NCBI RefSeq assembly: GCF_009914755.1
Contig: NC_060945.1
Reading direction: 5' to 3' (one strand)
Source of the DNA: the human T2T-CHM13v2.0 reference genome, Homo sapiens
Length of the DNA: 64,000 nucleotides
The notes beneath the pieces were generated by a model. It did no database searches, had not been told where the DNA came from, and saw nothing but the letters and a program-made list of their open reading frames with translations. Below, one piece after another: positions 1 through 15,259 of this stretch. Position numbers and translations under genes: made by a program. Positions within the stretch are counted from its first letter, which is position 1, and each line of letters opens with the position of its first letter.

Positions 1-1467
1 AAGCAGGCAGTCTGCAGAGATTCTGAAATCCAACCTGACCCAGGTCAACAGGTCTGTGATTAGGGTGCAGTGTTGCTACAGGGACTGATTCTCTAGGCAC
101 CTGAGAAGAAAATAAAAGCCAGCTTGGATTAAAAGAACCAGATAGTACAAAATGAAAGGAGGCCAGTGGGCCCCTGAATTTCTACAGGCTAAGAAGACTG
201 CTTAACCACAAACACAGGCTGCTTTTATTTTTCTAGTACAATTCCTTTAATAACTTTGTGGGTTTTCTATAAATTTTATTGATGTTCACTCCATTAGACA
301 AAACCTGCACCGCAGATCTCTTTTAAATAGACCATTTTGTATTCAGGGCTCCCTGTGAGGCTGTTGTGGAACAATGCTGTTAAGATTCCCAGAAGGTCTC
401 CTTAATAGGGGCCTGGGAGGCACATGTGTACCATCCCTGGGAGGTCCTTTGCCTCTGAAAAGGCTGGTGAGACACCAGTTGAACTCTTTCTGCATCTTAA
501 TGGAGGGTTTTATAATCCCACTCTTGGCTTCATGTCTGCTCTGAACCCACATATTCCCTACAGGGCTGTGGGTCCCAACTTTGCCCTGAGCCCTCTCATT
601 CTTTGAGAATCTTCTGCTGGGAGAAACTGGGGATGAAAATTAGTTTCATTTTTGAGCCCAGCAAATCCTGGCTCCTTCATGTCTTTATAAGTTCTGTTTG
701 AAAACCCCATCATTCCTTCTCCAGTGCCTCTCTCCCTAATCATTTCTCATGATGTGCAGGTGAAAGAAGCCAGTCATTCAATGACAAGAGCCTTCTTTCC
801 TTCACTTCCAGAACATTTCCTTGCTTTTCCTCAGTCCCTTGCCAGCTGCCTTCTCATGCCTGCCAGCCTCCTCTCTGGGGCTGAGTCCCACAGCCAACCC
901 GCAATGTTTTTTGGCTTTTGTCATGGTAGCATCCCACTTCAAAGTACCTGATTCTGTTCTGGTTACTATTGCTGCATAAGAAACCACCATCTAATAGCGT
1001 AAAAGCATCAGCTGTTTTATTTTTCTCCCAGGGCATGATCGGTTGGCACAGGGTGCTGGTGTGGCTCAGTGTCTAGGACCTCAGCTGGGGAGACAGAACA
1101 GCTGTGGCTCTGCGGCTGCGGTAGAACCATCCCGAGGTCACGTAGCACCAGGTAGGAGAGAACATGAAGGCTGGGCTCACCTGGAGCTGACATTTGCAGC
1201 ACTGTTCATGGTGTCTCTGAGAGGCTGGGTTCTGAGGAGTGTCCCAAGAGCCTGCATTCCTAGAGGACTGAGAGAGCTGCATGGCCTTTCCTGAGCTGCC
1301 TCGGGAGCCACTGCAGGCCTCGCGACCTAGGGGTTACATCAGACATTACAAGTCCAAGACCAAGGGGAACAAACACGGACCCTGTTTCTCAATGGGAAGA
1401 TGTCAAAGAATTTACAGCCATTGGAAAAAAAAACACCACAGCTTACTCTCTAGTCACACATTATTTA

Positions 1468-1846
1468 CATATTAGTCCATTCTCATGCTGCTATGAAGAA
1501 ACACCTGAGGCTGGGTAGTTTATAAAGAAAAGAGGTTTAATTGACTCGCAGTTCCTCATGGCTGGGGAGACCTCAGGAAATTTACAATCATGGCGAAAGA
1601 TGAAGGGGAAGAAAGGCAACTTCTTTACAGGGTGGCAGGAAGGAGAAGTGCTGAGCAAAGGAGGAAAAGCCCCTTCTAAAAACCATCAGATCTCATGAGA
1701 ACTCACTCACTATCATGAGAACAGTGTGGGGGTAGCTGCCCCCATGATTCAGTGACCTCCCACAGGGTCCCTCCCACCACACATGTGGATTATGGGAACT
1801 ACAATTCAAGATGAGATTTGGGTGGGGACACAGCCAAACCATATCA
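1468..1846. mobile_element. MaLR solo LTR (THE1/MST group)
   Basis: Typical termini 'tattagtccattctcatgctgctat...' and '...gggacacagccaaaccatatca'; inserted in an older MLT1 LTR. Confidence 0.85.
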
Positions 1847-2670
1847 GGGACTGAATTGTGCCCCCTACCTCCAAATTCATATATTGAACCCAATCCCCAA
1901 TGTGACTGTATTTGAAGATAGAGCCCTTAGCAAGGTATTCCAAGGTGAGCAGGTCTATGCAAACCTGCCCCCAAAGTCAAGGAGGCTCAGAAAGAGGCTG
2001 ACAAATCAGTTTCTTAGAAACATTTAACAGTGACTTGTGAACAGAAGCTATGTCTGTGTCTTGGGCAGCATCGAGGGAAGTGGGTGGATCTCCTCATTGT
2101 TACCCTCCCAGACCCAGGGCTTATAGACCATAGGGGAAGAGTATGCATGCTTCAGAGGTGATGTGTAGGATAACCGCATGGTAAGTAAGATAATGTCAAG
2201 ATTGTTTTGCCCTAAGGGCAGGATTTATGGTAAGTGCATGCTCTTACACAAGGACCAGTAGTTAAAATACAAATCTTAGAGGCATTTCAGGAACCGGGGT
2301 CAATCAGAAGCCAACACGGAGGATCAGCATCCAAGATGGAGCTGCTTTAGGCTCCACAGGAGGTCATTAAGGTTCAACAAGATCATAAGGGTGGGTCGCC
2401 AATCTGATAGCACCTAATCTGGTGCCCTTATAAGAAGAGGAACACATACTGGAGTGCTCTCATTGCATGCACACAGTGGAAAGGCCGTTTGAGGACACAG
2501 CAAGAAGGTGGCTGTCTACGAGCCGGAAAGAGAGCCCTCACCAGAAATCTAATTTGCTGGCACCTTGATCATGCACTTCCAGCCTCCAGAACTGTGAGAA
2601 AATAAATTTCTGTTGTTTAAGCCTCCTAGTCTGTGGTATTTTGTTAAGGCCGCCTGAGCAGACTATTGTA
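1847..2670. mobile_element. MLT1-type MaLR LTR interrupted by an ERV1-like LTR (~1946-2358)
   Basis: 'ggactgaattgtgcccc...tgtgactgtatttgaagatag' resumes at 'ggtcattaagg...cagcctccagaactgtgagaaaataaatttctgttgtttaagcc'. Confidence 0.7.
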
Positions 2671-4052
2671 TGAAAACCAGCTATCATCAGCTAGAAAACC
2701 AGCAGCTATACCTGGTTACTGGAAGAATTGTTTTTTGAGGTTGTGGGACTGAGGTCCTTAGTTCTTGCTGGCTGTTGGCTGTCAGCCTCAGTGAGTTCCT
2801 AGAGGCAGCCCTCAGTCCTTGTCATGGGGAATGTCCCCAAAATAGCCACTTGTTTTATCAAAGCTAGTAAGAGAGTCTCCTTGCAAAATGGAGGTCAAAA
2901 TCTTATATCACAGAAGTGACATCCCATTACATCCCATTACACTTGTGGTATTCTATGGTTCAAAGCAAATCAAAGGTCCCGCCCGCTAAAGGTAGGGGGA
3001 CACTGCAGGCGTCAATAAGGGGCTGACTGCTGACAGCTCTGAAACCCTGCCGCCCTTCCACCGCATATCTTGGTGGTCTGATGAGGAAGTGTGCACATGG
3101 CTTCCCGTGGGGCCAGTGGGAAGCTCAAACCACGCAAGTCCCACCTGCACACATGAGCTCTTCTCTTTCCCTATGCCCTAACCCCAAGAAAACCCAGGCT
3201 ACCCACCTCCATCCTTTCCCAAGCCACTCAAGCCAGTTCTAGACCAGCTTGCGTGCTGGGCTGCTGCACCCAGAAGCACTCATGATGGCTAACAGGTGTT
3301 TTCATGCCCTCTTAGTGTGTGTCACATCATCCATCTCAACATTCGACCTATCGATTGGGAGGGGCAATCCTGAATCAGCAGATTCAATGCAGCAGGCACA
3401 GATACCAGGAGGCAGGGAAAGTGGGGCCACTTCAGAGCTGGCCAAACTTTGCTTTATGACAAACCGTAGGTCTACTTTGCTTTCTTGGTAAATGTTCCAC
3501 GTGTACCTGAAAATAACAGGCACTCTGCTAGCGGTTGGTGAAGTGGATATACTGATTTTATATATTTGTGTATATATGTAAGTCTCATGATGTATGCCGA
3601 CATGACGTGTGTCATGTTGGTTAAATGAGCTGTTTGAATCTCTGTCCTCCGCCTTTTTGTTCTGAGTTACGTGACAGGTGTGTTAAATTCCCCAACTACA
3701 ATTATGGATGGTTCCGTTTCTCCTTTGAGTTATATTAATTTTTGAATTTCTGGATTTTATATTTTGAAGGTATGTTATAGACACACAAATCTGGGGCTGC
3801 TATTTCTTTCTACTGAATTGACATTTTATCATTATGAAATAATTCTCTTATTTCTGGTAATACCATTTGCATTAAAGTCTGCTTTTTACAATATCAGTAT
3901 GATTTGTGTTTTACACTATCAGTATGGTTTGTGTTGGTGTGGTATTGTTTCACTCTTTTACTTTCAACTAAATGTTTCTTTATAGTAAAGTATGTTTCTT
4001 ATAACTACCATTTAGTCAAATCTCTAAAAGAGATACTTAAAAATATTGGCAT

Positions 4053-4357
4053 TGGCCGGGCACGGTGGCTCACACCTGTAATCCCAGCACTTTGGGAGGC
4101 TGAGGTGGGTGGATCACTTGAGGTCAGGAGTTCGAGATCAGGCAGACCAACATGGTGAAACCTCATCTCTACTAAATATACAGAAAAAAAAATTAGCTGG
4201 GAAGGGTGGCACACGGCTTTAATTCCAGCTACTCGGGAGGCTGAGGCATGAGAATCGTTTAAACCCAGGAAGCAGAGGTTGCAGTGATCTGAGATTGTGC
4301 TACTGTACTTTAGCCTGGGTGACAGGGCTAGACTCTGTCTCAAAAAAAAAAAAAAAA
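4053..4357 (+). mobile_element. Alu (AluS-like)
   Basis: GGCCGGGCACGGTGGCTCAC start, dimeric structure, A-tail. Confidence 0.95.
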
Positions 4358-4435
4358 GGCATGTTTTCTATCTTTACATTTAATGTTGTTACAAATATAG
4401 TTGGGTTTAATTCTGCCACCTTGCTGTTTATTTTT

Positions 4436-4531
4436 ATTTTATTTTTTATTATACTTTAAGTTCTGGGATACATGCCTAGAACGTGAAGGTTTGTTACATA
4501 GGTACACACGTGCCATGGTGGTTTGCTGCAC
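4436..4531 (-). mobile_element. Extremely 5'-truncated L1PA 3' end with 14-bp TSD
   Basis: L1 terminal 'ttatactttaagttctgggatacatg...'; 'tgctgtttattttt' at 4422-4435 and 4532-4545. Confidence 0.85.
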
Positions 4532-5073
4532 TGCTGTTTATTTTTCATTTGTCTTGTCTGTTTTTTATTTCTGTAGTACTCTCTTACTGTTTTCTTTTCC
4601 ATTTTTAAAATTTATTATTTTTCTTTTATCTTCTATTTTGCTTGTTGTCATACATCATTGTATTTTTTGAGATCTCATTATGCACTCTTGACCTGCCTGA
4701 AGTTATTAGGATACTTTTGCTTTGTCCTAACAAAGATCCAGCACATTACAATTGTTTATTTATCCCCCTTGCTCTGTGTGCGGCTGTTGGCATATATTCC
4801 ACCTCTACACATTATAAACCTCACAAGTCACAATTATTGTTGATTTAAGGACAAATGTTAAAAATACATTTATCCATTTATTTACACTTTCTAGTACTCT
4901 TCTGTCCTTCCTGCAGTTATGAGATTATCTTATTTTAGCCTGAAGTTCTTCTTTTAGCATTTTAGTGCATGTTTGCTTCAGTCAGATTCTGTTTATCTGA
5001 AAATGAATTTATTTTGACTTCCTTTGTAATGGCTATTCTTCTTAGGCTTAGAATTATACATCAGCAGATTTTT

Positions 5074-6055
5074 CTCTTTTTTTTTTATCATTATACTGTA
5101 AGTTCTGGGATACATGTGCAGAATGTGCAGGTTTGTTACATATACACGTGCCATGGTGGTTTGCTGCACCCATCAACCCATCATCTACATTAGGTATTTC
5201 TCCTAGTACTATCCCTCCCCTAGCCCCCCACCCGCTGACAGGTCCTGGTGTGAGATGTTCCCCTCCCTGTGTCCACATGTTCTAATTGTTCAGCTCCCAC
5301 TTATGAGTGAGAACATGTGGTGTTTGGTTTTCTGTTCTTGTGTTAGTTGCTGAGAATGATGGTTTCCAGTTTCATCCATGTCCCTGCAAAGGACATGAAC
5401 TCATCCTTTTTATGGCTGCATAGTATTCCATGGTGTATATGTGCCACATTTTCTTTATCCAGTCCATCACTGATGGGCATTTGTGTTGGTTCCAAGTCTT
5501 TGCTATTGTGAACAGTGCTGCAATAAACATACGTGTGTGCATGTGTCTTCATAGTAGAATGATTTATATTCCTTTGGGCATATACCCAGTGATGGGATTG
5601 CTGGGTCAAATGGTATTTCTGGTTCTAGATCATTGAGGAATCGCCACACTGTCTTCCACAATGGTTGAACTAATTTACACTCCCACTAACAGCGTAAAAG
5701 CGTTCCTATTTCTCCACATCCTCTCCAGCATCTGTTGTTTCCTGACTTTCTAATGATCACCTTTCTAACTGGTGTGAGATGATATCTCATTGTGGTTTTG
5801 ATTTGCATTTCTGTAATGACCAGTGATGAAGAGTTTTTTTTCACGTTTATTGGCCGCATTAATGTCTTCTTTTGAGAAGGGTTCATTTCTCTTATTTTTT
5901 CTCTAATCTTATCTTCACACTTTATTTCATTAAGTTGATCTTCAGTCTCTGATATCCTTTCTTTTACCTGATTGATTTGGCTATTGATATTTGTGTATGC
6001 TTCATGAAGTTCTCGTGCTGTGTTTTTCAGCTCCATCAGGCCATTTATGTTCTTC
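5074..6055 (-). mobile_element. L1PA (L1PA7/8-like) 3' UTR and ORF2 C-terminus joined to an ORF1 fragment
   Basis: ORF 5686-6036 runs from ORF1p-like MELKNTARELHEAY into ORF2p-like [16 protein letters not shown]...CWRGCGE. Confidence 0.9.
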
Positions 6056-7375
6056 CATTTGGGGCTGGGTTTATAGTTTTGTAACCCCTATGCCAAATGT
6101 TGACACCTTATAGTAATTGGCAGGGATAACTAGGAAATTGCTTGATAAATAAATGCAAACAAAAATGTATGCTGGCAATTCTTAAGACATTTCTAAATTA
6201 CTTTGCCACTATTTTTAAAGCTAACTTATTTATTAAAGATTTTAAGTAAACTTAACATTTGACTAGTCTTTCCCTTTTTCTAATAAAGTATTTTATTTGA
6301 GCACTTTTATTTTTCTTTAATTAATAAATAAATAATTTATTTGAGCACTTTTATTTTTCTTTAAGCCAATTAATTATAGCTCTTCTATATTTTTTAATAG
6401 AGAAACATTGTGTACGCAACACATAAATACATAGATGTATTAGGTATACCGATAGAAGTACATCTTATAGATTCCTAAGACCTCTTTTTTTTTTTCTATC
6501 TTAGACTTGCAAACTCTTGATAATCTGTGTCATTGCCCTGGCAGTTGCCGGCTAAATAGCCCTAAATCTGCATATTAAAGGAAACTATTAGATGAAAAAT
6601 TAGATAGCAAAATTTACATTTTAAGGTACAGAGAGGAAAAAGTCTGGTGGTGCTAAAGAGAGATTAAAAATGGATGTGAAATCAAACATAAAATTATGAA
6701 AATCTATCATAGGATTGTATAAGGAGACCAGTTTTATTTAGACAGAGACTCCCTATATTTTAACTGGATCTCTGAGCTCTGGGCAGACCCTACACTGAAT
6801 CCTGGGTCTCCAAAAAGCGAAAATTATTATGAGGTTAGACTACATCATGCTTTTACAGTGCACTTAAAAAACTTTTTTCAACAAAGACATTTCTACATGT
6901 CTAAACTATACTATTCCTTAAGAACTCCAGAGTAGCCTCTGTTGCAGTAACTATTTTAGTAAAAAAATTAGGTAACACAATACAAAAGCAAGCAGTTTAA
7001 GAGCTGAGATGAAAAAAAAAAAAAAGCTGAGATGAACTTGTCTGTTTACACATTTGGGGTTCCATAAGGAAACAGAGGTTTCTCCTCCAAGGGGAATCTG
7101 GCACCTTCTCCGTTTTCTGTAAGGAACCCTGGGTATTACAAACTATATTAGGTTTCCCATGAAGCAGAGGGTGCAAGAGAAAGAAGACACGGCAAAAGTA
7201 AATGAAGAAAACAGAAGCCAGTCAACTAAGAAGAAAAAAACTTTTGCTCAAAAAGACAAGGTCCTAGGAGAGAAAAAAACAAAAAAAACAAAACTGGAAG
7301 CCTTTTAAATACAAACACACACACACAGGCACACAACACACATATGTTGGATGTTAGCTTTTAATTAAGCTTTTA

Positions 7376-7728
<353 letters not shown>

Positions 7729-8683
7729 TCAGCTAGGACTAATTGCTGCTATTTCAGAAGTACCAAGTATCAAACCAGAAAGGGCTTAATTTAGGAACTA
7801 AACCCAGGCTGTGGTGGTGGAAAAAAAGAAGGCAGAACCCTTAGGTATGGAACTGCAGTGTGGGGTGACAGACATTACTCTTTTTGGTTGGTCTGGCTAG
7901 CAAAAATGTGGCCTTGTTATGTAAGAAAAGCCCTTTAAGTAGTCAAAATAAATTTTTTTTTCTTTTTCCTTTTGCTAGCTGTTTTTCTCCCCCCACCACA
8001 TCACCTTTTGTGTGTGTGTGTGGTGGGGAGGGGTTGAAACTTAGCCACTTCAGAGGCCTCGCTTCTCATAATTTGGAACTTTCCTTTGGTTTCGATCAAG
8101 TCAGATAGAGTTCGTCAAACTCAATGCGAAAAAGACAAAAGAACAAAAAACAGAAACAACAACAAAAAAACCAGTTAAGCGAAACGAAGGATTGGGCAAT
8201 TTATAAGGTTACTGAGCACACTAATGGTAAGGAGAAATTAAGACCAGCTGGTTGTTAATCTTAATAGCCAAGACAAACCCCAATTCAGTTACTTCCTAGG
8301 GATGGGTCTGAGGCTGAAGATTGCTCTCTACCACCCTAGAAGCAGAGGAAGAAAACCCCTCATCTTTCCTGTGGGAAGCGAGCTCAAACTCCATAAACGA
8401 GTTACCTGCCTTCCATTGTCATGGAAGCAGGAAAAAACTACTACTTCCTTATGTTGGAAGAGAGTAAAGCACACCCCGCCCCCCAACCCCCGCCCAACAC
8501 ACAAAAGGAGTTGTACAGCAAAATAAACTAGATCTTGACTAAATCTGGGTAGATCAGGGATTCTCTGGAGGGGGTGCTTCCAGGCCTCAGCAAATTGTCC
8601 TATTGGTTTGAGCCATAAAGATAGCTCAAGCTGGTACTAAGGACTGACAGATTTGTCAAAGGTCAGTGGCACCTCTACTCAGA

Positions 8684-8701
8684 ATCCCTTTGTGGTTACC
8701 A
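8684..8701 (-). other. Retroviral primer-binding site, tRNA-Arg(TCG) type
   Basis: Plus strand ATCCCTTTGTGGTTACCA resembles the tRNA-Arg(TCG) 3' end as I recall it (ATCCCTTCGTGGTTACCA), 3 nt from the LTR end. Confidence 0.75.
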
Positions 8702-8704
8702 AAA

Positions 8705-9161
8705 TGTGAACCTTGAATATCTGAGTCAGATCTCAGTCAACTTAGGAAGTTTATTTTGCTGAATTTAAGGATGCACGCCCATGACACGGCCGTCGGAGGC
8801 CCTGATGACATGTGCCCAAGGTGGTCAGAGCACAGTTTGGTTTTATACGTTTTAGGGAGACATGAGACATCAATCAATATATGTAAGATGAACATTGGTT
8901 TGGTCCGGAAGGGCGGGACAACTCAAAGCAAAGGCAGGAGGGAGCTTCCAGGTCATAGGTAAATATGAGACAAATCATTGCATTCCCTTGAGTTTCTGGT
9001 TAGCCTCTCCAGAGGTGGCAATCAGATACGCATTTATCTCAGTGAGCTGAGAGATGACTTTGAACAGAATGGGAGGCAGGTTTGCCCTAAGCAGTTCCCA
9101 ACTTGACTTTTCCTTTTAAGCTTAATGATTTTGCGGCCCCCAAATTTATTTTCCTTCCACA
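8705..9161 (-). mobile_element. MER4A-like 5' LTR
   Basis: TG...CA termini; minus strand 'tgtggaaggaaaataaatttgggg...aagtcaagttgggaactgcttagggcaaacctgcctcccattc'; closely related copy at 58336-58779. Confidence 0.85.
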
Positions 9162-9399
9162 TTTTTTTTTTTAAATCAGACTTAAGGTCTGCCTTGATGT
9201 TAATGCTGGAGGAGTGTAAAAAGGCATGTCCAACTCTTACTTCCCTTCGAGGCCAGAATAGTCTCTCAGGTTGAACTTCAGGGTCCCCTGGTAAAGGAGG
9301 GAGTCCAGTCAGACGGCTGCGGGGGAGGGGGGGCTTCGAATTTTATGTTTTACAGGCATTAGCGCCACCCATTTCTCCTTAACCCCAAACTTCCTCTCC

Positions 9400-10530
9400 C
9401 CACAACAGAAACGTCATCATTCTGCTTCCACTTATCCAGAAGAAAGGCAGAGGGCGCACACTGCGCAGCGCGGATGGGAAAGTTAACTGAATTATTTGCG
9501 GGAAGACAGAGGAGGTGGGGGTCCCCCAAGCCCCAGCCATTTTGTGGCTCGTAGGGGTTGTCGCTTCCCAAGCCGTGAATGGCCCAAACCCGCCCCCCGC
9601 CCCAGGTCGGACTCCTGCCCCGCGCCCCTCTGGGTCGGACCCCAAGCCGAGCCCCCCAACCCCGCGGCTGGGCTGGGCGATTGGGGACGAGCTCCACACA
9701 TGGAGATCCTGGCCTCGCCTCGCAAGGCCGCGGGACGCGCAGATGTGAAGTGCGCCTGCGCGGGGCGCAGCCCCAGCTGCAGACGATCTGTGAGCGACGC
9801 GCCGGCGCAAGTCGAGGGCGGTGGCTTGGCTTCCCTGGAATGGGGGACGTCTTAGGACTGCGCCTGCGCGGGGCGCCGGGCCCTGGGCGGGGCCTTCCCG
9901 GCTGACGGCCTGCGTGCACTGCGCTTGCGCGGGTTGAGGGCGGTGGCTCAGGCTCCTGGAAAGGACCGTCCACCCCTCCGCGCTGGCGGTGTGGACGCGG
10001 AACTCAGCGGAGAAACGCGATTGAGGTAGGTGTCCTGATGGGCAGCTCAGATGGCTGGACTGCACGTAAGGAAGGACAGGCCAGGTGAGGCGTCCTCGCA
10101 CTGCGTGTGCGTCGCTGGCGGACAGAGGCCTCCGCCCCCTTTTGGGACCTCCGAGCGCCTTCGCGATCTCAGCCACTTTCCCTGGCGTCCAAACGGGAGC
10201 TCGGTCCCCGTCACACCCTTCCCTGCGTGCCGCACCCCTTCCCGGCCACTCCCGCCGTCCAGCGCCTTCTACGGCCACGCCCACCCCACCACCATCTCTG
10301 TCACGCCCTTCGCGGCCACGCCCACCTGCCTGGCGGCCCCTGCCCCGAAGCTCGCGGCGCTGTCCCAGCCTGACCCTCTCGTGCCCCTGCGTCCACGCGT
10401 GGCCCTCTCGCTTCCTGCCCCCTTCTCACCCCCCTTCACTGGCCACCTGTTCCAACCCTCCATGATCCTGTTCCTCCCGAGGGCATCTTAGGAGGGCAGG
10501 GTCCTGCGCGCACTGCGGCCTCCACTCCGA
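9400..10530 (+). promoter_or_regulatory. PRMT2: PRMT2 CpG-island promoter with NRF1-like motifs and GC boxes
   Basis: High CpG density; TGCGCCTGCGC at 9751 and 9859, TGCGCTTGCGC at 9920; GGGCGG boxes; no TATA box. Confidence 0.9.
9900..10025 (+). other. PRMT2: PRMT2 exon 1 (5' UTR; start approximate)
   Basis: Donor GAG|GTAGGT at 10025/10026 inside the CpG island. Confidence 0.75.
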
Positions 10531-10700
10531 CCCCGTCCCAGTTTGGACCCAGGTCTTCCAATGAAAATATAATTATGCAAATCAGTAAGCATTTGTAACT
10601 ACGAATATCACAAAAATAAGCTTCAAGTCTGGATTTAGAAGTGAAGCATGCATTTTAAACAAAGAATTGCTATGCAATTTTAAAAACACATTGATCCCAG

Positions 10701-10809
10701 AGCAGTGTGTGGATTACACTATCACTGGAAAAATACGAATTGAGAAGAAGGAAAAGACTGGAAGATGCAGACCTTGGTTCCTGTTAGTGGAAACACTGTA
10801 AGGTCCCAG
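10701..10809 (+). other. PRMT2: PRMT2 exon 2 (5' UTR, probably alternative)
   Basis: Acceptor cccag| at 10700, donor CAG|GTAGGG at 10809. Confidence 0.65.
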
Positions 10810-11213
10810 GTAGGGACTTTTAATTGGAATTAAAGCTATCACACTTCTAAGAAATTAATGAATACTGATTTATTGCCTTAAGTCGACACCTGATCTAACA
10901 GAAACTAACAGGCTTCAGCAAATGAACAAGATTAACACCTTGCAGACTAGTGAAGAAAACACACTATTTGAAGTTTATGATTTTTAAATGCTTTTGTCTC
11001 TGTAAAGTATTGTAAATTTTCATTTCTACACTAATCTTCACACATACACATTTTACTTCTATTTGGTAGAGGACATCATGCACATTAGAAGTTAAGTGAA
11101 CTCAATTATTAAGCAATGTAACAAGTACTTTGTGTCTCCTTCTCTTTTTAAAAGTAGAAATGGAAAAGAAAATGAAATAAATCAGCAGTTATGAGGCAGA
11201 GCCTAAGAGAACT

Positions 11214-11252
11214 ATGGCAACATCAGGTGACTGTCCCAGAAGTGAATCGCAG
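11214..11252 (+). CDS. PRMT2: PRMT2 first coding exon (exon 3 begins 11158): MATSGDCPRSESQ
   Basis: Strong Kozak actATGG; donor CAG|GTAATT; matches the PRMT2 N-terminus. Confidence 0.95.
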
Positions 11253-12008
11253 GTAATTTCCGTTCCACTTCCTAAAAATCTGTGTTTAATGAATGTGAGC
11301 ATTACAGAGAGCTAAGCGTCAGCTCACAGATGTGATGGAGCTTGGCTTGTGCCTTGGAAGGTGGCCACCGGCAGTAGAATGCTTAAATGTGAAGATTGTG
11401 AGGCAGAGGAAACGCAGTGCCTGTAAGGTGACATCCTGCATTGGGCACCATAACAATTCTAAGGAAATACTTAGCCCCAAAACATCAGCATCATTTAGGG
11501 TTCCATTTTTGGTACGTGAACTGGCAAAGCAAGCATATTTTCTGAGCTGTTCAATAAAATTTCAGGCATAATACCAGCAATATATTGAAGGCAAGTTGGA
11601 CACATTAGAAAAGATTTATGTATTCATACTGTTTCTGCCTGGGGTACTCATGTAGTTTCGTTCAAGTTAGCAGTAAAAAATACCCCTCAAATTGTAAAGA
11701 CTGTTGATTATGTAAAAGTCACCAACTGAATAATAGATACTGTTTTTAAAAATCAAGCATTTCCGTATCTGTTATGTCAATTTTAATGTTTTCTTTTTTT
11801 CTCTTTCATTCCAATGAGCTTTCATTTGGCTTTTTATATATAGGAATTTTATTTATAGTCAGAATCTTTCGTTAATTTCTTTAATTATTCATAAAATGTT
11901 TTAATTCCGTGGACATCTTATTTTTCTTTTGAGAAATTTAACAAATATTAGGACATTTCCAGAATGATATTGTAAACATCAAGTACATTAAACAGTGTAC
12001 ATTAAGCT

Positions 12009-12070
12009 ATATATATGTGTGTGTATATACATATATGTGTGTGTGTGTGTGTATATATATATGTATATAT
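12009..12070. repeat. (TA)/(TG) compound microsatellite
   Basis: Direct reading. Confidence 0.9.
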
Positions 12071-12899
12071 AAAAAATACTGTCGGGTGTGTCTGTAGTTC
12101 AGCTACTCAGGAGGCTGAAGCAGGAGAATCACTTGGGGCCGGGAGTTTGAGGATGTGGTGTATTATGATTGTGCCTGTGAATAGCCACTGCATTCCAGCA
12201 CGGCCAATAAACTGAGACTTCATCTCTTAAAAAAGAAAAAGCGACACTCTAGATAAAGTTTGTTCCCCAGTCTCAGTCCTATTCCTCCTCTTCTCTCTCT
12301 AGAGGCAAACACTACTGTGAATCATGAGTCTGTTTTGTGCCACTGCACCATTTTTATACCTCTATGGCTTATATAGATATACTTGAATGACATATGATAT
12401 TGTTTGTGTGGGCTTTTTAGAGTTTCCATAGTGGTGTCATACTGTCAGTGTCACCTGTAGCTTGCCTCTTCATATAACTTTACCTTTGGGGAAGTTGTCC
12501 TTGTTATGTGTGTAATGCTGGTTCAATCCTGCCACTGTAGGGTACTCCTGTAGTGTGTTCCTTCTCTGAAAGTGTAAAGTATCCTATTTGTAGATATGTG
12601 TATGGGCCTGTTGCAGTCTCACTGCTACACAGTAGGCATATACCCCATTTTACTTATTCCCTTTTTGTTGGACACTTAAATTGTTTCTAGTTTTTTCTAT
12701 TTCAAACAATGCTGTAGTGACCATCCGTCTCCATGCCTCTGTGCTCCAGTAATGGCATTGCAGGGTGCAAGGGATTGCAAGTTTCAGTTTTACTGGATAA
12801 TGATCAGTTGTTCCCCACAATGACTTTACGAGTTCACAGGTCTGTCAGTAGCCCACAATAGTGCTTACTAACACTTGACAGTATCAGACTTTTAAGTTT

Positions 12900-14960
<2,061 letters not shown>

Positions 14961-15259
14961 GATGGTTTTTTTTTTTTAATTTTGGAAAAATCTCCACCAT
15001 TATCTCTTCATTTATTTTTTTCTGCCTCATCTTCTGTCTTCTTTTTTGGGGTCTCCATGTAAACATAAGTTAGAATTTTTGCTGCTGTTTGACATGTCTC
15101 ATGCTCTATTCTTATTTTTTTTTTCATTTTGTGCTTCAGTTTGGAAAATTTCTGTTGACCTGACTCTTGAGGCGCTGATCATAAACAAGATAACTGGGAA
15201 AACAATATGTTTGTAAAACAATTTCTTGAGATGTGAAATAGTATCTATATTATACCAAG

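Noticed and set aside
4005-4343. Alu- and L1-derived ORFs throughout the track
   Set aside because: Recognisable repeat translations, not genes
8684-8701. tRNA gene
   Set aside because: Only the 3'-terminal ~18 nt including CCA match; this is an ERV primer-binding site
9359-10491. Long ORFs (204-301 aa) over the promoter
   Set aside because: Low-complexity P/G/R/A-rich frames expected in GC-rich DNA; no domain recognised
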